Source of the DNA: Octopus vulgaris
Lineage: Eukaryota
Assembly: GCA_951406725.2 (NCBI GenBank)
Contig: OX597818.1
Coordinates: 45,508,001-45,572,000 of the forward strand
DNA length: 64,000 bases
Direction: 5' to 3'
Under the pieces are notes generated by a model. It ran no database searches and was not told the origin of the DNA. It saw only the letters and a list, made by a program, of their open reading frames with translations. Below, one piece after another: positions 1 through 13,360 of the stretch; positions within the stretch are counted from its first letter, which is position 1, and each line of letters starts with the position of its first letter. The position numbers were made by a program, and so were the translations under genes.

Positions 1-1139
1 CTTTTGACCAATATACGATACATGATAATCATGGAACTGAACCATGTGCAGGTTCCTCGAATGAAAATGTTCAAGAGTATAGACTTATTTCTTATTTTAT
101 AACGACCTCATCACTTCATGCTAACAAAACAACTGATAACTATATTTACTTCAAAGAAGCTATTCAGAGTTAAATGTTCTGGATTACCGAGAATTGTCTT
201 TGCCATAGACATTGTACGACGCCAACGGAATGATTCCAATCTTCAGCTTTTGGGCTGCTTGTCTTTCAGACTAGCGAATCTGCTCACATGCGTTTCACTT
301 TTCTTCTCAGTTATTGAAGTTGTATTTTTTTAATTGGAACAGTTCAACTTTTAGTTTTAATATCGAATTTTATTCCTGAGAAATTCAAAAAATTCTGCGC
401 TGGAGATAAAATTAGTATTTACAAGTGGCTTTGACTTAATTAAAATAACTTGTACCATACTGAAGTATGGTGAGTATCGAGCATGTAGGTGAAACTTGAG
501 AAAAATCTCAAGGATTGATATCAGAGCTACGTACTTGTAACAGATAATGTAATATGCGCTATATAGAATATGCTGCCCTAATTACAGCTTTTGCAGGCAC
601 TTTTGTACAGACCTTACAAAACTATCCCCATTCCAGAGGCAAGAACATTCTTCAATACACTTTACTTTCGTACTAGCACACATAAGCGTGCACGCACACA
701 CAAACGCACACACATACACACAAAGAACACATACGTAAATGAACACTTATATGAACATAGATCTCTCTCGCTATCACGCTCTTTCTCCCGCACTCTCTCT
801 CTCCCTCTCATCTCTCATAGATCGCTCTCTCTCTCTCTCTTTCTCTCTTTCTCTCTCTCTGTACATATGTCCATATATACATATATACATATATGTATGT
901 GTGTATGTACGTATTATGTATGTATTAGACATACGTATGCAGTTAGCTATGCGTATTACATCCACTCATCTTCACTGATATACACGCATCTTCACACATA
1001 TACACAAGCATATATAAATATATATATATATATATATGCCCACATACATACGTTCATATATACATATGGCTTAATGTCGGTGGTTTGACTGGCCGAAACT
1101 TTGAAGTCACTATCTATATTTTTGTTTAAGAATTACAAA

Positions 1140-1331
1140 CGTGTTCTACATTTAAGAGATGAGGAATTATTTACATTATTTACGTTATTTACATTTGCAT
1201 TTGACGGATATTTGTCCTCACCTTGTTTGTTGATACGCCATATGCCCGTGGGCATATGGCGTAGTGGTTAAGAGCGCGGGCTACTAACCCCAAGATTCCG
1301 AGTTCGATTCCAAGCAGTGACCTGAATTTTG

Positions 1332-1364
<33 letters not shown>

Positions 1365-1504
1365 TCGGAGAATACCTTAGGAATGAGAACGCAGGTTCGA
1401 AATTTCTCCAAGACACCTGCTGAAGGCTGGAGGGTATATCAGCCGAAACGTTGTATTAACAACAAAGATGAGGACAAATATACGTCAAATGTAAATAATG
1501 TAAA

Positions 1505-1509
<5 letters not shown>
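1140..1509 (+). mobile_element. tRNA-headed, hammerhead-containing non-autonomous retroelement (Penelope-type end / retrozyme-like) with an inverted partial copy upstream
   Basis: A box TGGCGTAGTGG and B box GTTCGATTCC in 1250-1323, then (AAT)n, a hammerhead-like core at 1412-1457 and a tail 1453-1509. The tail recurs inverted at about 1166-1236. Ends in (TA)n. Confidence 0.7.
1412..1457 (+). ncRNA. Minimal type I hammerhead ribozyme-like motif (A6C in this copy)
   Basis: gacac CTGCTGA a GGCTG-gagggtatat-CAGCC GAAA CG TT gtatt: stem II 5 bp, palindromic ACGT stem III, imperfect stem I. Confidence 0.65.
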
Positions 1510-1548
<39 letters not shown>

Positions 1549-1557
1549 CGTATATAC

Positions 1558-1608
<51 letters not shown>

Positions 1609-1611
1609 TAT

Positions 1612-2110
1612 ATGAGATTGTCAAGAAAGTTCTTGTGGAAGTTTTAATTTTGGCTTTAATGATGTATTTTCAAATTAATTTTCGTTAAATTACTTTGACT
1701 TTATATATCATTTTAAAGCCCGTTTTTCGCTCTATCTAATTGTGTTACTCTTTTCATTTTGAATAATTCGGCCATTTTTTTTTTTTTTTTCGGTACGTTG
1801 AATACAACATGGACAAAAAGCAGACTCGCACAATTTTCTTATTCGAGCTCAAGCTAAGCCGAAAACTGCTGAAACAGCTCACGATATCAACGATGCATTT
1901 GGCCCAGGAACCACTAATGAACGTACAGCACAATGGTGATTCAAGAAATTTCGTAGCGGTGACGAGAGTCTTCAAGATGATAGGCGTAGTGGTCGGCCAT
2001 CGTATGTTGACAACGATCAACTAAAAGCCTTAGTCGAAGCCAATCCACGCACAACTGTTCGAGAGCTTGCTTCTGAATTAGACGTAACGTGTACGACAAT
2101 TTCCAACCAG
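1612..2110 (+). mobile_element. Mariner transposon 5' remnant (Hsmar1/cecropia-like transposase N-terminus, disrupted)
   Basis: From 1809: MDKKQTRTIFLFELKL, frameshift, then AETAHDINDAFGPGTTNERTAQW*FKKFRSGDESLQDDRRSGRPS..DNDQLKALVEANPRTTVRELA (HTH domains). Confidence 0.9.
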
Positions 2111-2141
2111 TGACATACATATTCACACGTGTGTAGTGTTG

Positions 2142-2190
2142 TTTTATGCCGAAGAGGAGATAACTACTCCGAAATGCATGCAGCCATAAA
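2142..2190 (+). ncRNA. Degenerate type I hammerhead-like motif in a Penelope-type repeat end
   Basis: tttatg cCGAAGA GGAG-ataacta-CTCC GAAA tgcatgcagc cataaa: stem II and stem I (tttatg/cataaa) present, core and cleavage triplet decayed. Confidence 0.45.
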
Positions 2191-2363
2191 TCTAGGTAGG
2201 GACACCTTTCAACTGACTTGGTATGTTTACACCTATTTATCTACAGCAAGAAATTTTCTCCATGACAAAATACAGTGAATGGTTTTCTTACGGGTTCGAA
2301 TACATATTTGAACTGGTAACAAAATTCTATTTCTACACTTCACTGCTTATTACATATACATAA

Positions 2364-2491
<128 letters not shown>

Positions 2492-2492
2492 G

Positions 2493-2549
<57 letters not shown>

Positions 2550-2576
2550 GCAAAACTATCCACATCCCACAGGCAA

Positions 2577-3035
<459 letters not shown>

Positions 3036-3316
3036 ATACATATATATACATTTTTTTTTTTTGTGATTTTTTAGTTTCAGCTCATGAGCTGTGGCCATGC
3101 TGGGGCACCGCCATTATATATATTTATATACATATATATATATATATATTTATATACATATATATATATTTATATATATATATATTTATATACATACATA
3201 TATATATATGTGTGTGTGTGTGTGTATGTATGCATGTTTGTATATACATATATATATAAATACAAGCATACATATCTATACATATATAAATATATATATA
3301 TATATATACACACACA

Positions 3317-3353
<37 letters not shown>

Positions 3354-3891
3354 ACGTCTACATCTACGTATGTATATATATTCAATGCATATGGTAAGAC
3401 GAGAATCATATATACCGACAGCTGATACTTTGTGGAAAGAAGACGGAAGATGTGACGTCCATGAAATTAAAATATGGAAGAGATAAATATCGTAAATAAG
3501 AACAAGATACACATACAGGTAGAGAAATTTCAGTGAAGACATATGCATGTGTGTGTGTATGTGCGAGTGTACGAGTGCGTGTCCGTGCGTGCGCGTGTGT
3601 GAGCGTGTGTGTGTGCGTGTGTGCGCGCGCGCACTAGACAAGCTAATAATTGTCGCACCTGAAACTACAATTAAGGAAATAGTTAAAATAAAAGTGTCGT
3701 TTTAACAATTACGATTTCATAAAGCTATAAAAATACTGAAGTCTGTGAGTCCAGACCACCTACAGCAATCTATAAATAGACTAAGGTGTATAGAAAATAT
3801 ATTACCACCTTCTGTGTAGGCGTCCATATATGAATTTGAGGGTATATTCATGTGTACGAATGTATGCTCGTATTTACATATATATACATAC

Positions 3892-3998
<107 letters not shown>

Positions 3999-4067
3999 AA
4001 TACAAGCATACATATCTATACATATACATATATATATATATATATGTATACATATATAAATACTAGC

Positions 4068-4103
<36 letters not shown>

Positions 4104-4634
4104 GTTTGTATATATATACACACACACACGCACATATTCCTTCCTTTATTATACATACACATATGTATGTGTTTATGTGTGTGCATTTGCGTGTGAATAC
4201 ATAGATATATACATACACACTCGCACACACTCAAACACTCACATACACACACACACACACACACATATTTAGATATAAGACATCTTACAAGCAGAAATTA
4301 TATTACCAACTTGTGTGTAGGTGTATATATATATATATATACATATATGTGCATATGTATGTTGAATGTATGCTTACGTACAAGCATACATATATATATA
4401 TATATATATATTTGTGCATACATAGTACATACATACGTACAAAGCATGCACGCATATCCACGTACACATACATACATACATACATACATACATACATACA
4501 TACATACATACACACATAGGTTCTTTGTGGTTGTTTGCGTTACATACCTGCATGCGTGTGTATGCACGTTTATGTCTGCGTGTGTGTGTGTGTGTGTTGG
4601 AAGTTGAGCAGAGTGCTAGACAATTAATCCCCCT

Positions 4635-4830
4635 CCATTGGCATCATTGACGTCAAATGCTGATAAATATAGCCACCAACAGACAGATGCTGGCTATTCA
4701 GTATTTCAGCTTCTGTTGCGTTGCGTTGCGTTACTAGTAAACTCGTCATGCCTCGCCTCATACAGCGTACGACAAACGCGAAAAAGCGTTAAGCGATCTG
4801 TGCAGATCACGTGGCAAGAGAAGTAAATGT
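4635..4830 (+). promoter_or_regulatory. Possible Pol II core promoter and first non-coding exon
   Basis: Reverse CCAAT (ATTGG 4637-4641), perfect CRE TGACGTCA 4648-4655, TATA-like ATAAATA 4663-4669, Inr-like TCAGT 4698-4702, E-box CACGTG 4808-4813, donor-like GTAAAT 4823, in unique CpG-richer sequence. Confidence 0.35.
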
Positions 4831-4906
4831 ATCGTGTTTTTAACATCCCCAAGTTCAAAACCCGGATGAGTAGATTTTATTATTATTTTATTATTATTTG
4901 GCAAAA

Positions 4907-4937
<31 letters not shown>

Positions 4938-5079
4938 ATGAATCGATAATGAAATTATTATTTTTTTTTTTTTTTTACTTATTAAAAAAACGATAGATTA
5001 GCTATAAAAAAAAACACAAAAAAAAAACCTCGAAGAAGTTGAGACACAGGGATAAACGGAGAGCTTTGTGGTTCAGAGG

Positions 5080-5163
5080 AGTGAGGGGGGGAAGGAGGAG
5101 TGGAAGAAGGAGGAGGAGGAGGAGGAGGAGGAGAAAAGAGAGGAAGTGGATATGAAGAAAAAT

Positions 5164-5249
<86 letters not shown>

Positions 5250-5270
5250 CTGGTGCTGGTGCTGGTGCTG

Positions 5271-5307
<37 letters not shown>

Positions 5308-5416
5308 ATGAAGACGACGATGAAGAAGTTGACGACGACGACGACGATGATGACGATGATGATGATGGTGATGATGGTGATGATGATGACGACGACGACG
5401 AAGAAGAAGAAGAAGA
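5080..5416. repeat. Compound trinucleotide repeat tract
   Basis: Successive (GGA)n, (GCA)n, (GTA)n, (GTGCTG)n, (GTA)n, (GAC/GAT)n, (GAA)n blocks. Confidence 0.95.
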
Positions 5417-5675
5417 TATATCAAGTGAATCCTTAGTGTTGAAGTTATCATAGCAAATATGCTTCGTATAAGAGATAACAAAAGTGTGGGTGGTTTATAT
5501 GACATAGCAGTAGAACTATGAGAAATATAGCAAGTCGATGAGAATGTTGTGAAACTGTCTTTCTTAATATTTTGGGCCTATGCTCCACTTCAAGTTTTCA
5601 AAAACAAAAAATTTAAAAAAAAAAAAGAAAAGGAAAACACATTCGTCAGACTATGAATAAAGTATATAGGATATA

Positions 5676-6047
5676 CAATATGTGGTTAAGAAGCTTTCCA
5701 ATCCCAGTGCACGATACCTTGGACAAATGTCTTCTACTTCGCCCCCCCCCCATTTCCCGGGTTAACCAAAGCAATGTTAACAGATTTGGTAGACGGAAAC
5801 TGTGTGGTAGCGGGGGCAGTTCATGTGTGTGCGCGCGTGAGTACGTGTGTGTGTGTGTGTGTATGTGTTCGTGTTGTCTCCACCACTGCTTAACAGCTAT
5901 TGTTGATTTTTTTTTATGTCTCCGTAACTTAGCAGTTCGTTGGGAAAACTGACCGATGAAATAAGACCTGGGATCGAGTTGTTCGACTAAAGCGGTCAAG
6001 GCGGTGCCCCAGTAGGGCTGCAGTTAAATGACTGCAACAAGTAAAAT
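5676..6047 (+). mobile_element. SINE group B, diverged copy
   Basis: Colinear with 2577-3035, including gatttggtagacggaaactg and the tail. Confidence 0.8.
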
Positions 6048-6120
6048 ATAAACGATATATGTAGTATATCGTTTAAATTTTTAAAATATAAACGATATAT
6101 TTAATATATATATATATAGT

Positions 6121-6508
6121 ATGGATGGAAGCACTCCGTCGGTTACGACGACGAGGGTTCCGGTTGATCCGATCAACGGAACAGCCTGCTCGTGAAATTA
6201 ACGTGTAAGTGGCTGAGCACTCCACAGACATGTGTACCCTTAACGTAGTTCTCGGGGATATTCAGCGTGACACAGAGAGTGACAAGGCCGGCCCTTTGAA
6301 ATACAGGTACAACAGAAACAGGAAGTAAGAGTGAGAGAAAGTTGTGGTGAAAGAGTACAGCAGGGATCACCACCATCCCTGTCGGAGCCTCGTGGAGCTT
6401 TAGGTGTTTTCGTTCAATAAACACTCACAACGCCAGGTCTGGGAATCGAAATCGCGATCCTACGACCGCGAGTCCGCTGCCCTAACCACTGGGCCATTGC
6501 GCCTCTCC
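6121..6508 (-). mobile_element. tRNA-derived SINE group C (head C + tail C1), full length
   Basis: Minus-strand head ..gcgcaatggcccagtggttagggcagcggactcgcggtcg..GTTTCGATTCCC-like B box; matches 18499 (head) and 37899 (body and tail); atatgtagtatatc repeated on both sides. Confidence 0.9.
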
Positions 6509-7739
6509 ATATGTAGTATATCAAATATAGTTTTAGCTTAAATTTTATAGCAAGTTTTATCCATTTACAATTTGCTTACGCTTGTTCCTGAAGTAACCCA
6601 AATCCCCGCGAGCTGCACCTTGAGAAACACTGCTATAAAGTGAAAGGCAATCTCCCAACAACTAAAGTCTGCAATTCACTATCGAAATATATATCTATTT
6701 CCTTTTACTTAACCTGCAAATGCATGAAGAAAAGTGTGTGTGAATGTTACAAATCCCGTTTACTGTTCTCTCACAGTCAAAATGGCTAATAACCTGTTAA
6801 TAGATATCTCCGTTTACGAAAACGTTGATAACCGACTCTATCGTACTATGTTCTGTAGATTGGCTCGGCACTAAAGAAGAAAAATTTAGTTACACCAGAT
6901 TGTTTTCTTTTATATAAAGAAAAGTAAATGCGAATTTATGATATCCTATCTTTTACCCGAAATGTTAACAGTATCTGTGAAGGGAAAATAACTTCGGTCG
7001 TAAATGAAAACTTTGGTCATGCGTTACGACCGTTCGCTAAAACCTTTAATTGTTTTCCAATTGGTTACAAGATATCTACTGCACCAATTTACCAATTTAG
7101 TTTTCTTGACATCAATGAAATTGGAATGTTGTCAAATATAAACTCTTTGGGAGAGAAAATAACAAAGGAAAAAAGCTATGTGAAAACAATGTCGTATCAC
7201 TCAGCAGGGAAACCGGGAATTAATTTGTGTTGTAAAATGACTGCTGCATTGCTCCCTAGTGTAACCTTGTGATATCTGGAACCGTTCTGAAGTAACAGAA
7301 AAGCTGGTGTGTTATTTGATATAATCTAGCGTTAAATACAGTTTAAGTGAATAATTGCAGCTTCAGACTGTTGGAATCAAGTCAAAACACATCATAATAC
7401 ATCAAAATAGCAAATGTTCTATAAAAATATGGACTTTTACAACACTGTATCTACATTTCTACGCCAAAAGAAAATATTTCCTTAACTCCCGCTATTGTCA
7501 GAATCAAATGAGATGCCACGATGACAACTAAAAAATATTTGGTGTTATTTTTAGATGAAATATACTTAGTTTGGTGCATAGATCATTGACACTTGGAATT
7601 CACATTATAATGATCATACTGAAATAGATAATAAAACTCAATCTATGGGTCCTGATTACAATTTTTAGAAATGCGGAAGGAAATAATATAATGGTTTTAT
7701 TCTTATTGTTTGTCTTATCGTCTTTGAATGTATGCAAAC

Positions 7740-7990
7740 GAATCCAGACATGAAGTTTGGAACAACGTCATTGTCAACATCTAGAGACTTCAAACTCCAC
7801 TTGTATCGAGTACAACGATGGACTTGTCACATATCCCATTCCATCACCAGTACCTCAAGTCCACTGCACTGTTCTCCTTCAGACTCTTGGCCAAGATTCT
7901 GGAGAATGTCCACGGGTCATTGTCCAGTGAGTCGGTTCACAAATGATGATTTGGTTGACCGGCCACTCTCTGGGATGTCTCAACCTCGAC
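7740..7990 (-). mobile_element. Possible highly decayed LINE reverse transcriptase fragment
   Basis: Minus strand gives GYVTSPSLYSI (QGxxLSPxLFNI-like) followed by a YADD-like trace; weak. Confidence 0.3.
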
Positions 7991-8253
7991 AAGCTGTGAT
8001 CGTCTTCCTGCTATTTTGCTAATTAACTGAGATAAGTCAGCATAAAGCTTCTTGTTGATTACTTTGTGTATCTAACTGACGTTGACGTCCATTCAGCCCA
8101 TCCTGGTGAAACGCACATCGATTGGGTTGGTTATGTACCCGGTGAAGGTTCAGGTTACATACTTATAAAAGAATGTCGTCTCTATGGCTCCTATGAAGAT
8201 TCTATTTTCATGTTGTCTGGAGGTGTAGCAATTCGGATATTCACCATCATCGT

Positions 8254-8288
<35 letters not shown>

Positions 8289-8393
8289 TTTAAATAACGA
8301 GGGAGATAAATTGCATATTAATTTAATTAATCTCAATTTAAAACCAGTAGCCTAGCCTATATAAAAAATCTGAAACATCAGAAAACATTTCAA

Positions 8394-8595
8394 TACATGT
8401 GTTTATTTAGGGATAACCACTAGGTGGATAACCAATATGCTAGAAGAAGATCACATACGATCTAACTACAAAGAAAAGAATGTTCTACTGAATTTCTCTA
8501 GAGAACAATCTTTTCTTTTTCTTTGTAGTTAGATCGTATCTGATCTTCTTCTAGCATATTGGTTATCCACCTTGTGGTTATCGCTAAATATGCAC

Positions 8596-8600
<5 letters not shown>
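8394..8600. repeat. Long inverted repeat (84-bp arms, 39-nt spacer)
   Basis: 8394-8477 is the reverse complement of 8517-8600 with about 5 mismatches; the enclosing segment lies between (TA)n tracts. Confidence 0.95.
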
Positions 8601-8657
<57 letters not shown>

Positions 8658-9406
8658 TCGAACAGTGAGGATGAGTAGGGCAACCAATGGTTTCATGTGA
8701 AAAGATTTTCATAAATGTTCAAGCGTGGCACATGAAAGTCTTGGCACTCGTTTCTATTTTGGATGAGAATATATGTCATCAATTATTTCCCTTGCAAGAC
8801 CCACCATAAGCATTCGATATAGCAACTAACACGTTCTAGCCATGATCATCCGTCCTTCTCTCTGCATTGCGTACTTAGTCTGTTTTCAAGACCTAAGAAA
8901 CAATTTGAAAGATGTTTGGGTGCTATATCGAGCAGATCAGGTTCTCTCGTTGATTTGGGCAGCATCATGAGGCGTCGATAATTCTGCTTTAAAGACAGAG
9001 TGACCTTCGTCATCGATTTCTATGATTATTTCTCTGACACTCGGGTAGATCTTATTTCCCTGTTTTTCTCTACATGAAAACAGGTGATAACCAATTACCT
9101 AAAGTTTCAAGTAAGGCTTTCTCCTGCCTCATAAAGAGACAAGACTTTCCTTAGGATATGAGTTGTACCTAACAAAACTGTTTTCTGAATCTCTTCAAAC
9201 GTAATAGTAACTCCAATATTCTCGATGTGCTTTTCCAACCCCTTGCAGACTATTCCCAAAGCTCCAGTTACTACTGGTACCAAATTTATTTACTTCATAT
9301 CCACAAAACCTCCCTATTTAGTTTTTTAGTTGCTGGTATTTCTCCATCCATTCATTTTCTTTTTTATCTTTCATCGTCGAATCTTTATTTTTATTATTAT
9401 TATTAT

Positions 9407-9453
<47 letters not shown>

Positions 9454-10128
9454 AGGTGGCGAGCTGGCAGAATCGTTAGCACACTGGGCGAAATGCTTAT
9501 CCGTATTTCGACCGTCGCTACGTTCAAATTCTGAGTTCTAATTCTGCCGAGGTTGACTTTGCTTTCCATCCTTTCGGGAACGATTAAATAAGTACCAGTT
9601 ACGCACTGGCGTCGATGTAATAGACTTAATCCCTTTCCCCAAATTTGAGGCGTTGTGCTTCAAAGTAGAAAGAATTATTATTATCATTAAATCGGCGAGT
9701 TGGCAGAACCGTTAGCACGCCGGGCGAAATGCTTACTGGCATTTCGTCCGTCTTTACGTTCTGAGTTCAAATTCCGCCGAGGTCGACTTTGTCTTTCATC
9801 CTGTGAGGATCGATTAAATAAGTACCAGTTATGCATTGGGGTCGAAGTAATCGACTCTCCTCCTCCCCAAAAATTGCAGGCTTTGTGCCTATAGTAGAAA
9901 GGATTATTATTATCATTATTATTATCATTATTAAGGCGGTGAACTGACAAAATCAATAGCACGCAGGGCGAAATGCTTAGCGGTATTTCGTCCGTTTTCA
10001 CGTTCTGAGTTCAAATTCCGCCGAGGTTCACTTTGCATTTCATCCTTTCGGGGTCGATAAATTAAATACCAGTGAAATACTGGGGTCGGTGTAATCGACT
10101 ATCCCCCTCCCTCAAAATTTCAGGCCAA
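9454..10128 (+). mobile_element. Three tandem copies of tRNA SINE group A (tail A1 form)
   Basis: Heads ggcgagctggcagaatcgttagc at about 9454, 9692 and 9934; GAGTTCAAATTCC B box; middle gtcgactttgcctttcatcctttcggggtcgataaa (Meta/Sauria-domain-like); (ATT)n tails. Confidence 0.9.
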
Positions 10129-10590
10129 TCGAAAGCCACTATTATGCACATGACCTTAAATCTCACATTGTTATGTTTCCATAACTGCTCTTTTCCCATT
10201 GGAACAAGGACGCTGTGCGGACGCGCCTGCGACACTTTCTCCACTACAACCATCACCACAGGTTTTTGACGAGGATCATTTTGTGACAGACAGCCATTAC
10301 GCAGAAAATACCGGTTTCGGGTTCTTGTTTACTGATTAACTAAAAATTATCAAATTTCGAACCTCTGTATCATTTTTCTTATATATTTTTTTTCTGAATA
10401 AAATAAAATGGATCCCAAATTCGGATTCAGTATACAGCAAATTTAAAAACTTCCATTTAATTTTAAATTTTCCGAATCTGTAACAGTAACGGAAAAGATC
10501 TGGTTTTTCATATATAACAAAAAGGATTATGATGTTCTGAAGGTTGTTACATTTACAAACTCTTTGCTAGGAATACTCTGTAATTTCAAA

Positions 10591-10753
10591 TTTCAGTCAT
10601 TTGACTGTGGCCATTTGTGAATTTAATATTTATTCTATCGAACACCTTTGCCGAACCGCTAAGTTTCGGGGACATAACACACCAGCATCAGTTGTCAAGC
10701 GATGGCGGGAGTCAAACATAGACACAAAGACACACACACGTAACTATATATGC

Positions 10754-10818
<65 letters not shown>

Positions 10819-10982
10819 CGACGGGCTTCTTCCAGTTTCCGTTTACCAAATCCACTCACAAGGCTTTGGTCGGCTCGAGGCTATAGTAGAAGACACTTGC
10901 CCAAGGTACCATGCAGTGGGACTGAACCCTGAACCATGTGGTTGGGAAGCAAGCTTCTTTCCACATAGCCACGCCTGCGCCT
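10591..10982 (-). mobile_element. SINE group B
   Basis: Reverse complement of group B with internal (TA)n. Confidence 0.9.
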
Positions 10983-11237
10983 ACAGGAATGTTCAGATTT
11001 CCCTTCTTTTTTTTTTTGACATAAGAATTTAGAAACTTCTCAAGGCATAAACTAATTCGTTTTTAACAGTTGAAATCGAAATTCATAATAGCGTGTAAAT
11101 ATTGAGTTAAAACCCTCTTTAGATAAAAACACTCGCTGGCTTCACCATATTTTCATTTTATTATTTATAACTTTACTGCGTGTTCTACCGCGAAAAACGA
11201 ATCATTTCAAGCCCTTCGAATTTTCTGAATTTTAATG

Positions 11238-11656
11238 ACTCTTTTATTCTTTTACTCTTTTATTTGTTTCAGTTAATTGACTTTGGCCATGCTGGGGCAC
11301 CACCTTTAGTCGATCAAATCGACTAGTACTTATTCTATCGGTCTCTTTTGCCAAACCGCTAAGTTACGGGAACGTAAACACACCAGCATCGGTTGTTAAG
11401 CGATGTTGGGGGGGGACAAACACAGACACACAAACATATACACTCACACACATGCATATATATATATATACATATATATATACACATGTATATGACGGAC
11501 TTCTTTCAGTTTCCGTCTACCAAATCCACTCACAAGGCTTTGATCGGCCCGAGGCTATAGTAGAAGACAATTGCCTAAGGTGCCACGCAGAGGAACTGAA
11601 CCCGGAACCATGTGGTTCATAAGCAAGCTACTTACCACACAGCCACTCCTACGCCT
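11238..11656 (-). mobile_element. SINE group B
   Basis: Full head-to-tail match on the minus strand. Confidence 0.9.
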
Positions 11657-12390
11657 ATAGAAGAATTTCGTAGAAGTATTTCGAAAGATGTCTTTGGTCC
11701 AGAAATAGAACGTCTTTCACGTTCACAGAAAGTGTGGGTTCGTGTCCTATGTCAGCTTCCTACCGTCTCTATCCAAAGGGTTTTTTTTTTACTCAGTATT
11801 TACATGCTATCATTTACTGTTTTATCTGTGCTATTATTTATAGCTTTATTTGTTGTGAAGTGCAGTGTATTGTGTTCTTTGTAGTTTGTTACGCGTTTTC
11901 GTGAAGAGATAGAGGAGTGGAGCTTAAATAGCACTGACACGTTTGAGATCGATTTTTATTCATTTTTGTTCATTTTTGTTCATTAATATTACTGTTTTGT
12001 CTTTTTATGCGTGCCTTGGCAATATACAGCGACTGTAATTACTCTGTGTTTGTGCACCATTTTCCTTTTCTTTCTAATGTCTTCTACATGTGCTGTGAAT
12101 GTTATACGTGTGTTTTCTGTAACTTCGAGTATTTTTGTAGTTTCTGTGTGTCGAAAGTTTATGTTGGATGCTGGTAGTAATTAATGTTTTCTGGTGTGGC
12201 TGAGAGGAAAAGAGAGACAGTGAAATTTGGCATTTGCTACTGTATGTCTGTTGTTTTAGAGCTAGGTTTCTTGGTGGTTGGTGTACGTTTAGAGAATATA
12301 TGCAGCTGTGTCTGGAAGCAGTAGGATGATACAAATGTTGTGCCATTTACCTATAATATGGTTGAAAGTAATTACCTCGTGAGTGTTCTG

Positions 12391-12680
12391 CAGGGTGTCC
12401 ATATGTAATACAGTGAGTTGGAAAAACTTCAATCAGATGAGCTTATCCACGCCATTGGAAAACAGAAACTCCCTCTAAGTCGACCTAAAGCCTAAAAATA
12501 ACAAGCAAGGAAGATAATTTCACTCATTCAGTTGAATGATCTTATTGGATCCTTTGCGAATTTTTTTTTTTTTTTTCATGTTTTGAATCCCGTTATAGGA
12601 AGTTTTATCCATGAATTTTTTTGTGATAAATTCAGTCGACCTAAGTTCACAAGTCACTATATTACAAATGTGGGACCCTG
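12391..12680. mobile_element. Tc1/mariner-type MITE
   Basis: Imperfect TIRs cagggtgtccatatgtaatacagtgagttg / caagtcactatattacaaatgtgggaccctg; TA TSD decayed. Confidence 0.7.
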
Positions 12681-12840
12681 TCACATCTGCGTATAAGGCT
12701 GGGCATGTGCTTTGAGGATGTGGTGGAAAGGTCGTATGGATACAGGCTAAAAAGTGTAGGCGACAGGATATATCTTTGTAGTACACCATTTAGGAATTTG
12801 TAAATTCTACATGTATTATTGCCGACTACTGCATACGTAT

Positions 12841-13042
12841 ACTCTCCTTACTCTTTTACTTGTTTCAGTCATTCGACTGCGGCCATGCTGGAGCATCGCC
12901 TTTAATCGAGCAAATCGACCCCAGTACTTATTCTTCGTAAGCCTAGGACTTATTCTATCGGTCTTTTGCCGAACCTCTAAGTTACGGGGACGTAAACACA
13001 CCAGCATCGGTTGTCAAGCGATGTTGGCGGGGACAAACACAA

Positions 13043-13129
<87 letters not shown>

Positions 13130-13219
13130 CGACGGACTTCTTTCAGTTTCTGTCTACCAAATCCATTCACAAAGCTTTGGTCGGCCCGAGGCTATAGTGG
13201 AAGACACCTGCCCAAAGTG
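12841..13219 (-). mobile_element. SINE group B, 5'-truncated
   Basis: Tail, (CA)n(TA)n and body present; tRNA head missing. Confidence 0.9.
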
Positions 13220-13360
13220 CTAAAGTATGGTGAACTAATTTACAGGTCAGGATTTTGTATTGGTTCTTTTTTTAAGTAACGATACTGAGTATTTTGTATG
13301 AGTGATGAAAGATGGAGACGAAATTTTGCCAGATGTCAATGATGCACGTAGGTTTAATAT

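Noticed and set aside
1-590. Unique sequence with short ORFs, a gtgagt donor-like site at 470 and a small hairpin
   Set aside because: No recognisable protein motif or consistent exon structure.
1068-1110. Possible hammerhead remnant (..gactggccgaaac)
   Set aside because: No CUGANGA core and no clear stem II partner.
1250-1323. Functional tRNA gene with ACT anticodon
   Set aside because: Acceptor and T stems pair poorly and there is no long variable arm; better explained as an element head.
5002-5505. PolyH/L or polyV/D proteins
   Set aside because: Trinucleotide repeat translations without splice or domain support.
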